From Vulcanimicrobiota bacterium (GTDB lineage: Bacteria > Vulcanimicrobiota > Vulcanimicrobiia > Eremiobacterales > Eremiobacteraceae), in NCBI GenBank assembly GCA_963812135.1, contig CAWETU010000005.1:160001-224000 (forward strand): a stretch of 64,000 bases of DNA. The letters run 5' to 3'. Shown here one piece after another: positions 1 to 9,418 of this stretch. The notes beneath the pieces were generated by a model. The model had not been told where the DNA came from. It did not search any database and saw nothing but the letters and a program-made list of their open reading frames with translations. Numbering within the stretch: position 1 is the stretch's first letter; the number at the start of each line of letters is the position of its first letter. The position numbers were made by a program, and so were the translations under genes.

Positions 1-152
1 GTCTGCGGATCGCGGACCAGTCCGAGTAAAAAGCGATACAGACGGTGTTCGTAGGCCCGAAACAGCCGTTCGAACGCCGCGCGATCTCCGTTTGCCGTTT
101 GCCGCAGCCACTCGGTCTCGAGTCGGACCTCGGCGTCCTGCGCTGATTGCAT
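1..152 (-). CDS. ECF RNA polymerase sigma factor, N-terminal part (runs off window)
   Basis: Not in the ORF track. Manual translation from ATG at 152 gives MQSAQDAEVRLETEWLRQTANGDRAAFERLFRAYEHRLYRFLLGLVRDPQ, the GDxxAFxxLxxxY pattern of ECF sigma region 2. GAGG RBS upstream. Confidence 0.75.
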   Translation of the reverse strand, partial: MQSAQDAEVRLETEWLRQTANGDRAAFERLFRAYEHRLYRFLLGLVRDPQ

Positions 153-317
153 CGTCCTCGCCTGTCGCGAGCTTCGCCCGGGTATTACGAATGAGTGGCG
201 CAGCGGGCGGGCAGCGGACCACGCCACTCTGCACGATACGTCGCAATGGGGTCTCTACAAGGTTCATCGGCTCAAGGGCTTGCATGGTTAAATGATAGGT
301 ACGAAAGAGGCGATTCC

Positions 318-809
318 ATGAGCGTTCGCGCTGGCAGTTGGCTCTACCGATTCGATGAGACCGCGATCGGCTTCGTACGCGAACACGGAATCCTCGCCTT
401 GCGGATCGCGCTCGCCGTGGTGTTCATCTGGTTCGGTGCGCTCAAGCTGTTCGGCGTCAGTCCGGTGGCGGATCTGGTCGCGCGGACGCTGCCGTTCCTC
501 GCGCCCGATGTCGCCGTCAAAGGCATGGGCGCGCTTGAGCTGCTCATCGGCGCCGGCTTGCTCAGCGGCTGGGCGATCCGCGTGACGATGCTGATCTTCT
601 TCTTGCAGATGCTCGGCACGTTCTTGGTGCTGATCCTCGAGCCCGAGCAATCGTTCCAGCACGGCAACCCACTGTTGCTCAGCGTGCAAGGGGAATTCGT
701 CGTCAAGAATCTCGTGCTGATCGCCGCAGGCATCGTCATCGCAAGCGCCATCACGCCCGCGCGACCCCGCGAACCCGTCGCGCAGATGCTCACCGAAAAG
801 CTCGACTAA
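318..809 (+). CDS. DoxX/YkgB-like membrane protein
   Basis: LRIALAVVFIWFGALK and GEFVVKNLVL motifs, about 4 TM segments. ATG 318 follows an AAGAGG RBS. Confidence 0.8.
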   Translation: MSVRAGSWLYRFDETAIGFVREHGILALRIALAVVFIWFGALKLFGVSPVADLVARTLPFLAPDVAVKGMGALELLIGAGLLSGWAIRVTMLIFFLQMLGTFLVLILEPEQSFQHGNPLLLSVQGEFVVKNLVLIAAGIVIASAITPARPREPVAQMLTEKLD

Positions 810-899
810 AGTCGCCCGAACGCAGGTGCGATGCAAGGGCGGGCCGCGACCCGGAGGGAACGCACAACGCCTGCAGACGATGATAGGGGTGAGAAAACC

Positions 900-2588
900 G
901 TGATTGTCGACCACGACGTCCTGGTGCTCGGCGCCGGTCTCGCTGGTATGCGCGCAGCGCTCGAAGCCGGGCGCAATGGTGCAAATGTAGCCATCGTCAG
1001 CAAAGTCCACCCGGTCCGCAGCCACTCGGGCGCCGCACAAGGCGGCATCAACGCCGCCATCGGCGAGGGCGATTCGTGGGAAATCCACGCGCTCGACACC
1101 ATCAAAGGCTCGGACTACCTCGCGGATCAAGATGCCGTCGAGGTCATGTGCAGCGAAGCGCCCGGTGACATCATCGAGCTCGAGCACATGGGCGTCACCT
1201 TCTATCGCGGTCCGGACGGCAAGCTCGGCACGCGCGCCTTCGGCGGCGCCTCCAAGGCACGCACGTATTTCGTCGGCGACATCACCGGACAAGCGCTGCT
1301 CTACACGCTCTACGACCAGCTGCTCAAAGCCGGCGTCAAAGTGTACGAAGAGTGGTTCGCGACCTCGCTCTATATGGTAGACGGGCAATGTCGCGGCCTC
1401 GTCGCGCTCGACATGATGAATGGCGACCTCTCGCTGCTGCGCGCGAAGGCGGTCATCATCGCCAGCGGCGGCATGGGCCGCGTGTACGAGCCGAGCACCA
1501 ACGCGCTGATCTGCACCGGCGACGGCATCGCGCTCGCCTATCGCGCGGGCGCGCCGGTCATGGACATGGAGATGGTGCAGTACCATCCGACAACGCTCGC
1601 CGGATCCGGCTTCCTGATGACCGAAGCGGCGCGCGGCGAAGGCGCATATCTGCTCAATGCGAACAACGAGCGCTTCATGGAGAGATACGCGCCCAAGATG
1701 AAGGAGCTCGCGTCGCGCGACGTCGTGTCGCGCGCCGAGTGGCACGAGATCCATGAGGGGCGCGGCATCGACGGCAACGTGTTGCTCGACCTGCGCCATC
1801 TCGGACCGGACGTCATCCTGAAGAAACTGCCGCAGATCCACGAGATGGCGCTCGATTTTCTCAATATCGACATGCTCACAACGCCGGTGCCGGTGCGCCC
1901 GGGCATGCATTACATCATGGGTGGCGTGAAAACGGATGCCGGCGCGCGCGTGCCGCTGCCCGGCATGTACGCGGCCGGCGAGTGCGCGTGCGTCAGCGTG
2001 CACGGCGGCAATCGTCTCGGCGCGAACTCGTTGCTCGACACGCTCGTCTTTGGGCGCCACGCGGGCCGCAACTCGGTCGAATACGTCAAAACCGTTTCTG
2101 CGATGCCGTCTGACGCGGTGGGCGAGCAATTCTTGGCCGCCGAGCAAAAGCGCGTGCAAGCCTTGTTGGATCGTCCGACCACCGGTGAGACGCACGCCAA
2201 ACTGCGCTTGGAGCTTGGCACGCTGATGGACGAGAAGGTCGGCGTCTTCCGCGATGAGGCCGGGTTACGCGAGGCGCTCGCAGGCGTGCGCGATCTGCAG
2301 AAACGTTACCAGACGGTCGCGGTGCGCGACAAGGGCCGCATCTACAATCAAGCGCTCACGTTCGCGCTTGAACTTGGCTTCATGCTCGATTGCGCGGAGA
2401 CCACGATCGTCGGCGCGATGGATCGCAAAGAGAGCCGCGGCGCGCATTCGCGGACCGACTATCCGGAGCGCGACGATGCCAATTGGCTCAAGCATATCCT
2501 CATCACGCGGCGCGAAGGCCAAGACCCGGCGCTGAGTTATCTGCCCGTCACCATCACCAAATGGCCGCCGCAGGAGCGTAAATACTGA
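900..2588 (+). CDS. sdhA: Succinate dehydrogenase/fumarate reductase flavoprotein subunit
   Basis: GAGLAG FAD motif, RSHSGAAQGG (covalent FAD His), QYHPT, TEAARGEG, HYIMGG, HGGNRLGANSL, ESRGAH. GTG start at 900 inferred from RBS. Confidence 0.95.
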   Translation: MIVDHDVLVLGAGLAGMRAALEAGRNGANVAIVSKVHPVRSHSGAAQGGINAAIGEGDSWEIHALDTIKGSDYLADQDAVEVMCSEAPGDIIELEHMGVTFYRGPDGKLGTRAFGGASKARTYFVGDITGQALLYTLYDQLLKAGVKVYEEWFATSLYMVDGQCRGLVALDMMNGDLSLLRAKAVIIASGGMGRVYEPSTNALICTGDGIALAYRAGAPVMDMEMVQYHPTTLAGSGFLMTEAARGEGAYLLNANNERFMERYAPKMKELASRDVVSRAEWHEIHEGRGIDGNVLLDLRHLGPDVILKKLPQIHEMALDFLNIDMLTTPVPVRPGMHYIMGGVKTDAGARVPLPGMYAAGECACVSVHGGNRLGANSLLDTLVFGRHAGRNSVEYVKTVSAMPSDAVGEQFLAAEQKRVQALLDRPTTGETHAKLRLELGTLMDEKVGVFRDEAGLREALAGVRDLQKRYQTVAVRDKGRIYNQALTFALELGFMLDCAETTIVGAMDRKESRGAHSRTDYPERDDANWLKHILITRREGQDPALSYLPVTITKWPPQERKY

Positions 2589-3595
2589 TGCAATGGACCG
2601 TCGTCGTCGGCCGGTACAGCCCGCCCGGCGAACCGCAGCCCAAAGGGGAGCCCGGCGGCAAATTCCCGGCGCCGTATCAGAACGCGCCGCCGAAGACCTA
2701 CCAGACGTTCAAGGTGGACTTGCCGGATCACGCGATGGTGCTCGATGCGCTGATCGCGATCCGCGAGTATCAGGACGAGAGCTTGGGCGTGCGCTGCGCC
2801 TGCCGCAGCGCGATCTGCGGTTCGTGCGCGATGTGGGTCAATGGCCACGCGCGCTTGGTCTGCACCAGCAAACTGAGCGAACATTCTCCGGGCGGCAAGG
2901 TCACCGTCGAAGCGCCCCCGTCGATGCCGATCATCAAAGACCTCGTGTGCGACATGTCGGTGTTCTGGAAGAAGAATCGCTCCGTCAAGCCGTTCCTTGA
3001 GAACAAGCTTCCGATACCAGCCGGTGAGGAGTATCGCGTCCCCAACGAGTCGATGGAGAATCTCATCCAAGAGGTGGGCTGCATCTCGTGCGGCGCGTGT
3101 CTCATGGATTGCGAGTCGTTTGCCGTCAACCAAGACTTCACCGGCCCGGCGGCGCTCGCCAAGGCCTACCGCTATACGGCCGACCCGCGCGATGCAGAGA
3201 CGAACGCGCGCTTGGGCCAGTACAGCGAAGCCAACGGCGTGTGGGACTGCACGCACTGCTACGAGTGCGTGCAAGTATGTCCGAAAGGCGTCGCACCGCT
3301 CGACCAGATCCTCAAACTCCGAAAGATGGCTGTGGACGCCGGGTTCACCAACAACACAGGCACGCGCCACGCCGACGCGTTCGCCGAGTCGGTGCGCGAC
3401 AGCGGCCGGCTCAACGAGTTGACCCTCGTGCCCAAATCGCTCGGCTTGTTCAACATCCCGGCGCAGTTCGGGTCGCTGCCCGCGGCGTTCAACCTGTTGC
3501 GCGCCGGCAAGTTGCCCCCCATCATCCATCACAAGATCCCGCATCTCGAGCGGATCAAGAACATCTTCAAGAAGATCGGCGGAAGATTCAAATGA
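2588..3595 (+). CDS. sdhB: Succinate dehydrogenase iron-sulfur subunit (type E-like, C-terminally extended)
   Basis: CRSAICGSC [2Fe-2S] motif plus CISCGACLMDC and CTHCYECVQVCP. Start overlaps the sdhA stop (TGATG). Confidence 0.93.
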   Translation: MQWTVVVGRYSPPGEPQPKGEPGGKFPAPYQNAPPKTYQTFKVDLPDHAMVLDALIAIREYQDESLGVRCACRSAICGSCAMWVNGHARLVCTSKLSEHSPGGKVTVEAPPSMPIIKDLVCDMSVFWKKNRSVKPFLENKLPIPAGEEYRVPNESMENLIQEVGCISCGACLMDCESFAVNQDFTGPAALAKAYRYTADPRDAETNARLGQYSEANGVWDCTHCYECVQVCPKGVAPLDQILKLRKMAVDAGFTNNTGTRHADAFAESVRDSGRLNELTLVPKSLGLFNIPAQFGSLPAAFNLLRAGKLPPIIHHKIPHLERIKNIFKKIGGRFK

Positions 3596-4476
3596 AAGTC
3601 GCGTTCTGGCCAGGCTGCGTCTCCAAAGGCGCGTGCCCCGAACTCTACGTCTCCACCCGCAAGGTGGCTGAGGCGCTCGGCATCGAGCTCGTCGAGCTGT
3701 ACGAAGCGGCCTGCACGGGCGCCGGCGTGCTCAGCGAGCAGAACCCGGCGCTTGCCGATTCGCTCAACGGGCTGACGCTCGCGATGGCCGAGAAAGTCGG
3801 CGCCGACTTGATGACCATCTGCTCGACGTGTCAAGGCGTGCTCAGCAATCACAACTATCATCTGAAGCGCGACCCGCAGCGCCTCCAAGCCGCAAATCTG
3901 GCGATGGCCGACAGCGGGTACGAGTATCACGGCACGACCGAAGTAAAGCATTTGCTGTGGCTGCTCGTCGAAGACGTCGGCCTCGACAAGATCCGATCGC
4001 TCGTCAAGGTCAAGCTCACCGGGCTGAAGATCGCGCCGTTTTACGGCTGCTACATCTTGCGGCCTTCGGAATACCTTGGCTTGAAAGAGCGGCCGGAACG
4101 CTCGACATACCTCGAGCAGCTGATCGAGATCGTCGGCGGCACGCCGGTCGAGTACATGGGCAAAACCAAATGCTGCGGCTTCCCGATGATCATGATGAAC
4201 AAGGACAAGTCGCTGGCGATGGGCGCCAACCACATCCTCGAGGCAAAAGACAAGGGCGCCGATCTCTTGGTGACGCCGTGCCCGCTATGCCATCTGAATC
4301 TGGATGCGCAGCAGCCCGATGCCGCGCGTGTCGTGAAAAAAGTGATCGACACGCCCATCTTCCATTTGCCGCAGCTGCTCGGGCTGGCGTTCGGCTACAC
4401 GCCCGAAGAGCTGCGTTTGAATCATCACGTCGTGCCGACCACGCGAGCGCTCGAAAAGGTCGAGCTCAAAGTCTAG
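3592..4476 (+). CDS. CCG-domain HdrB-like subunit (type E SDH anchor, SdhE type)
   Basis: PGC...CTGAG...CSTC and YGC...CCG...CPLC motifs. ATGA overlap with sdhB; no long TM helices. Confidence 0.88.
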   Translation: MKVAFWPGCVSKGACPELYVSTRKVAEALGIELVELYEAACTGAGVLSEQNPALADSLNGLTLAMAEKVGADLMTICSTCQGVLSNHNYHLKRDPQRLQAANLAMADSGYEYHGTTEVKHLLWLLVEDVGLDKIRSLVKVKLTGLKIAPFYGCYILRPSEYLGLKERPERSTYLEQLIEIVGGTPVEYMGKTKCCGFPMIMMNKDKSLAMGANHILEAKDKGADLLVTPCPLCHLNLDAQQPDAARVVKKVIDTPIFHLPQLLGLAFGYTPEELRLNHHVVPTTRALEKVELKV

Positions 4477-4478
4477 AC

Positions 4479-4502
4479 GTAGCGGTCGAATTTATTCGAC
4501 CG
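4479..4502 (+). repeat. GTAG-type REP-like palindrome, copy 1
   Basis: GTAGCGGTCGAATTTATTCGACCG; near-identical inverted copies at 21516-21539 and 34635-34658. Confidence 0.7.
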
Positions 4503-4513
4503 AGCTTGACGCC

Positions 4514-4544
4514 TTGACCTAAGGTCATTCGCACGTGATATAAT
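4514..4544 (+). promoter_or_regulatory. Sigma70-type promoter for the Uma2 gene
   Basis: TTGACC at 4514, 19-bp spacer, extended -10 TGaTATAAT at 4536-4544. Perfect dyad TGACCT-A-AGGTCA at 4515-4527. Confidence 0.55.
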
Positions 4545-4556
4545 CCGCGTGCCAGC

Positions 4557-5096
4557 ATGCCACGCGAAATCACGTTGCCGGAGGCAAAACCGGCGCTCGA
4601 ATGGGTCAACGGTCGGGTTCTTCAAAAGATGAGCCCGAAGCGCAGGCACGCGGTCGCGCAAGGTCGCTTTTATGCCGCGCTCGACGCATGGGCACAGAAG
4701 GGCCGGCTCGGCATCGTAGGCACCGAATGGCGCTTTCGTGTTCAGCCGCCCGGCGAGGAACGCCGCCCGCTCGTACCCGATGTCGCATTCCTTTCGTACG
4801 CACGCCTGCCATATGAGATCCAGATAGTCACCGACGAACCGAAGGTTGCTCCGGATGCGGTCGTTGAGGTTCTTTCACCCGGCGATCGACGCGCCGACGT
4901 TGAGGAGAAGGTACGCGTCTACCTAGCCGCAGGCACGAGCGTGATCTTTATCGTCGACACCGCGAAAAGAATCGTACGCATCCGCGACATCGATGGCGAG
5001 CGGCTCATCACAGAGGGCGGAGTGATCGAGCACGACGCGCTTCCAGGATTCAGCCTTAGAGCGCGGCGGCTCTTTTCAGTACCCAAACCAAGCTAG
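4557..5096 (+). CDS. Uma2 (DUF820) family putative endonuclease
   Basis: LEWVNG...MSP...H, PDVAF, PDAVVEVLSP, KVRVYLAAG, LPGF motifs. Confidence 0.9.
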   Translation: MPREITLPEAKPALEWVNGRVLQKMSPKRRHAVAQGRFYAALDAWAQKGRLGIVGTEWRFRVQPPGEERRPLVPDVAFLSYARLPYEIQIVTDEPKVAPDAVVEVLSPGDRRADVEEKVRVYLAAGTSVIFIVDTAKRIVRIRDIDGERLITEGGVIEHDALPGFSLRARRLFSVPKPS

Positions 5097-6270
5097 GGCG
5101 CAGCATCAAGCGCTGCGTCCTTTTGGAAGCAATGGTGACCCGCCGGGTGCGACCACATCGAGTCGGTGGTCGCGCTATCGCGGCCCTGAATGTCGCACAG
5201 ACCTGATACTTCGAGCCGCCGTCCGGATAATATTCGAACTTCTGACCTGTGTCGAGATCGGAAATCGTCGCTCCATCTGGCAGAGCGCCGAGCGTGCGGG
5301 GCAGCGTGTGACCTTTTTGTTGCCAGTACGCAGCGATTGACCCTGAAAGCAAGGACAGCCGGTTTACACGGCTCTCATCCAGCGTGAGGTCGCGTTGGCG
5401 AGACGGCGTGCTCGCAGTTGTGAAACTGAGCGGCGAGCGCGTAAAAAGTACTTTGCCAGTACGCAGCGATTGACCCTGAAAGCAAGGACAGCCGGTTTAC
5501 ACGGCTCTCATCCAGCGTGAGGTCGCGTTGGCGAGACGGCGTGCCCGCAGCAGTGAAACCGAGCACGAGCGCTACGACCACCATGGCGGTCGCCGCCCAT
5601 GCGTACGCGCGATCGCGCCATGGCGCGGTTGACTCTGCGCGGACGATACCCAAGTAGTACGAGAACACGCCGGCCGCGACGACGAAGAGTACGAACGCCT
5701 TCCACGCGAAACGCACCGTCAGGTCGCCGGTCAGGAACGTCGTCAAGAACCATACGGCGTCGCCGAGCAGCGTGCACGCTGTGATCACGAGCGCGATGTA
5801 GGTCAACCACTTGCGCACGCCAGATTCCAAAGCTTCCGGCCGCCGGGCGACCTCGCGAGCGATCACGCAGCTGACGAACAGAAACAACGGAAATGCGACA
5901 ATAAGCGAGGCGAGTTGACCTGCGACCGCCGAGCGGAAATACGAGGCGTTTTCCGCGCCATGAGGCGGTATCCGGAAACACGTGATCGACGAACTGATCG
6001 GCAGAACAGCACGAGCGCGACCGTCCAAAATCCCAACGTGATGAACGCCAGCAGATAGAAGAACGCGTCAGCGCAGCTCTCGACGCGCGTGCCGCGCTCC
6101 GGAATCGGCACGGCGAAAGGCGTGCGAGTGCGAGATACACGATGGCGAGCCCAGCTCTCCTTCATAGTAAGCGCGGTCGAGAAGCGCGTCGTATATGCGC
6201 CGCTCGGACCATCCGTTCTGCTTGAGAAGCGCAGACGATCTCGTCGTCGGCGACGCCCTTGCTCAGCGCG
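5093..6270 (-). pseudogene. DUF5671-type membrane protein, frameshifted
   Basis: Fragments in different frames: DAFFYLLAFITLGFW, LASLIVAFPLF..VRKWLTYIALVI, DESRVNRL..I..YW, FEY...YQVCATF, WSHPAGHHCF. Contains an internal duplication. Confidence 0.6.
5320..5544. repeat. Tandem direct duplication, 133-bp period, 92 bp identical
   Basis: 5320-5411 is identical to 5453-5544; similarity continues with mismatches for about 30 more bases. Confidence 0.9.
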
Positions 6271-7198
6271 CGCAGCGCCGGCAGCGTCGCGAACTCCACG
6301 AAGAAAAGCGCGGCGAATCCAGGGTGGCCGGGAGTTCGGACGGTTCGTAGAACCACTCGTACGAAATCGAGCAGCTTGATCAATGAGAACAGAGACGTGA
6401 GCGGTAAGCTGCGCCAACCGCGCGCCTGCGCTACCCAGAGCAAGCCGGCGTTGAGCAGCGACAGATAGCCGAACAGCTGGACCTATCCGTTCGTGACGCA
6501 TGCGCACGCGCCGTGGAGTAGAAGAAGCGAACACCAGCGCGAGGACGCGAGCGCTGCGAACCAGCGCTAAGCAAGAACGAGCAGCACCGCGACGAAGGCG
6601 CCCAGACGGCGGAAGACACGAGCTTCGGGACAAGGGGAAGACGTTCCACGCCGGATACGACGATAGGGACAAGACGCCGGATCCGAGCCCTGCGACTCCC
6701 TCCGCGAAATAGACATACGTTTTCTTGAAGAGCACTTGACTGTAGGCGATAAGCGCAGTTCCTGCGAGCATTCCGATCGTGACGCGACCAATCGGGCTGA
6801 TCCAGTTGATATCGAATCGCGTACTTCAAGAAGAATGCTGTGCCGACGAGCAGGGCGGCGATGCCGATCCAATTGAGCCACTTGCCGCCGATGAGGCGTT
6901 CTATGTCCGTTCCGCTGTCTGCCGATTTTGTGACTGGCTGACGCGTCGGCGGCTGTGAAACTGTTGCCGGATGCGCCTGCGCCGAGGGCGCGACAACGGG
7001 CTGCGGCTGCGGCGCTACAGCAGCGGGGGCAGGCTGGGCCTCCCACGGTGGCGCTTGCCCGGTCGTCGGGGCTACGCCGGTCACTGAGAGCCGTGACACG
7101 TGCTGTTCAATCGCATCGAGTTTCCTGCGCAGCGACGACGTCGACACGAGCGCGAAGAACGATAAGACGATAGGCAACAGCACGATGGCGAAAATCAA
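6271..7198 (-). pseudogene. DUF2339-type membrane protein, frameshifted and truncated
   Basis: DIERLIGGKWLNWIGIAALLVGTAFFLKYA, then continuation in other frames (RVTIGMLAG, FAEGVAGLGSGVL, LLFGYLSLLNAG). Confidence 0.6.
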
Positions 7199-7341
7199 CA
7201 GAACGAAGAGAGATTCGATAAATCGGGGCTCCCTTTGTCAACAAACGTTGCGGAGGCGTCTTCCGTAGTCCTACAGACACGCGCCCTCAGCACCTGGAGC
7301 GCGCCGTCGAAGCGGTGACGCGCACTTGCGCCGTGAACCGA

Positions 7342-8282
7342 ATGCGCCTGAAGCGGAGCGGTTTTCTCAACCTGCTCGCAACGACGCCGCTGCTTCGACC
7401 GCGGTCGGGCAGCACGCTTATGGTTTCGAGACGTCTCTTGCACTTATACGTCAGATCCAGGCACGCGACGACGCCAGCATCTTGCCGGTCTCGCGAACGG
7501 CGCTGTACGATCACGGTCGCGCGACGGACCTCGCGGTCGTCCTCTTTCATGGGTTCACAAACTCGCCGGCGCAATACGCGCTCTTCGCCAAACAGTTGCA
7601 TGCGCTCGGCTGCAACGTGCTCATCCCGCGCTTGCCCGAACACGGCGACATCGACCGGATGACGACGCGTTTAGAGGGGTTAACCGCGGAGCGACTGATG
7701 ATGGCGGCGTCTGAAGCGGTCGATGCCGCGCAGGGACTCGGGCGCCGGATCGTTTTGTCGGGGATCTCGCTTGGCGGCGTGTTGTGCACGTGGCTCGCCA
7801 CGCAGCGCGCCGACATCGATCGAGCCGTTGTCCTCGCGCCTGCGTTCGGGATCGGCCACGTGTTGTATCCGTTGAGCGTCTACGCGGCGGGCGTCATGCG
7901 TGCGATGCCGGCGTCGCGGTACGTCTGGTGGGATCCGGTGTTGAAGGAGAAAATAACGCCCAGTCACGCGTATCCGCGGTATCCGCTTCGCGCGCTCGGC
8001 GAATGCTACAAGATCGGTGAGGAGACGATCGGCGCGCAGCCGCCGTTCCCAGGCAGCCTCCGCACGAACGTGATCTTCGCTCTCAACCCCAACGATCCGG
8101 CGGTCAACAACGACGTCGTCGTGGAGTTGTCCGACCGCTGGCGCGCGACGGGCGAGCTCTCGAGCTCCGTCATGTGGCTGCGCGATGTGCCGGCCATGCA
8201 TGACATCATCGAGCCCGAAAGCCCGCACGAATGCGTCGCCCGATGCTACCCGCCGCTCATCAAGACTATTTTATCGGCGTGA
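7342..8282 (+). CDS. Alpha/beta hydrolase (carboxylesterase-like); N-terminus apparently frameshifted
   Basis: HGFTNSP oxyanion motif, GISLGG nucleophile elbow, late D and H residues. A Tat-like leader lies in another frame from ATG 7342. Confidence 0.75.
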
Positions 8283-9408
8283 AGTCGGCGGGCGGCGAGA
8301 ACATCGCCGCGTCGTCGGGCCCTAGCGCCTTGATGTTCGAGCGGACGGACAACTTGTACATCACGTTTGAAGGACCGCTTCTGCCCGGCATCGCCGGCAT
8401 GCCAGGCATGTTCGCGAACATCGACTGAGGTCCAGGCATGAGCGCGGTTGCGTTTGCCGCCACAGCGCTGCCGCCCTCGACGCGAATCACTCGGTAGACG
8501 TAGAAACGGCCATTGGGATCATCGCCTGCGCTTCTGTGCGAGATGCTCGCGTTGCAACCGGCCCACAGCGCGAGCTTTTCGAGTCCGTTCGGCGGCAAGG
8601 GTAGCGGCTCGGGTCCGTCAGTCACATACTCGATCGCGCTTGCGCGGATCATGCCGTCCTGGCAGGCTCCGTTGCCTTGGCTGACCACTAAGAGATCGGC
8701 GCCTTCGTAGTGGCTCGTCGCCATGTCCTCGATCGTGAGCTGGTCTTTCAAATTCCACGCGGCAGTCGAGAGCAGTTGTCCCGATCCGCCGTCGGTCGCG
8801 ACCGGCGCCGGAGTTTGGGTCGCCGAATCGTCGGAGACTATCGTATATGTCTTGTTCTGGAGATCCAATACGATCGTTTCATGCAGATCGGGTCGCGTGA
8901 TCGTCGCATATTGACCCGGTATTTCGACGCGCGACCAACCATTGTAGAACGCGTATCGCGTCAACACGCCGGGTTGCTGCGGGTGCATCGACTCCTGTAA
9001 CCGCTGCTGCGCCTGTTGTCGCTGCCTTTTCATCTGCGCACTGACGAAGATGCTGCCGACGATTGGGATCTGACTGAGCGCCATATTTTCAAGTGTGGTG
9101 CCGATCGACTGACTCGCGCCCGGCATGCTCGGGCCGTTTTGCCCGGAGGCGGCGTGCTGGATGCGCGCAAGCTCGGAGGCAAACGAACCCGGAGGCGGCG
9201 GCGTGGCATCGCCAGTGAGCGTCCGGTCGATCTGATCAAACATCACACCAGGCACTGCGGCCGGCGCGGCCGGCGTCTGCGATGCGGGCACCGCAGACGC
9301 GGCCGGGGTCGGACTCGGTGCTGCTGCCGCTCTCGCGCTTTGCGCGGCGAGCACGGCGACCGCGACAAGAGCGGCGCAGTACGAGAGGCTATGAAGCAAG
9401 CGGTTCAT
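8266..9408 (-). CDS. Secreted hypothetical protein
   Basis: Signal peptide ending ARA, Pro/Ala linker, beta-rich body, MPGMPAMPG segment. AGGAG RBS. Confidence 0.75.
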   Translation of the reverse strand: MNRLLHSLSYCAALVAVAVLAAQSARAAAAPSPTPAASAVPASQTPAAPAAVPGVMFDQIDRTLTGDATPPPPGSFASELARIQHAASGQNGPSMPGASQSIGTTLENMALSQIPIVGSIFVSAQMKRQRQQAQQRLQESMHPQQPGVLTRYAFYNGWSRVEIPGQYATITRPDLHETIVLDLQNKTYTIVSDDSATQTPAPVATDGGSGQLLSTAAWNLKDQLTIEDMATSHYEGADLLVVSQGNGACQDGMIRASAIEYVTDGPEPLPLPPNGLEKLALWAGCNASISHRSAGDDPNGRFYVYRVIRVEGGSAVAANATALMPGPQSMFANMPGMPAMPGRSGPSNVMYKLSVRSNIKALGPDDAAMFSPPADFTPIK

Positions 9409-9418
9409 CGAGAGCTCC

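Noticed and set aside
288..3544. Long minus-strand ORFs (635 aa, 335 aa) opposite sdhAB, and similar shadow ORFs throughout the window
   Set aside because: Antisense or off-frame shadows of well-supported high-GC genes, with no recognisable motifs.
3088..3591. 168-aa N-terminal extension of the CCG subunit ORF
   Set aside because: It overlaps sdhB and is Arg-rich noise; the real start is the coupled ATG at 3592. The same applies to ORF extensions at 20113, 22722, 34140, 36152, 50430 and 58504.
3592..4476. Methanogen-type heterodisulfide reductase
   Set aside because: No hdrA, hdrC or mvh genes; the gene is coupled to sdhAB.
4557..5096. Uma2 as a restriction or defence system
   Set aside because: A lone, commonly multicopy gene with no methyltransferase or defence neighbours.
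5320..5544. Possible CRISPR array or IS terminal repeats
   Set aside because: Only two long direct copies inside coding sequence; no spacers, cas genes or transposase.
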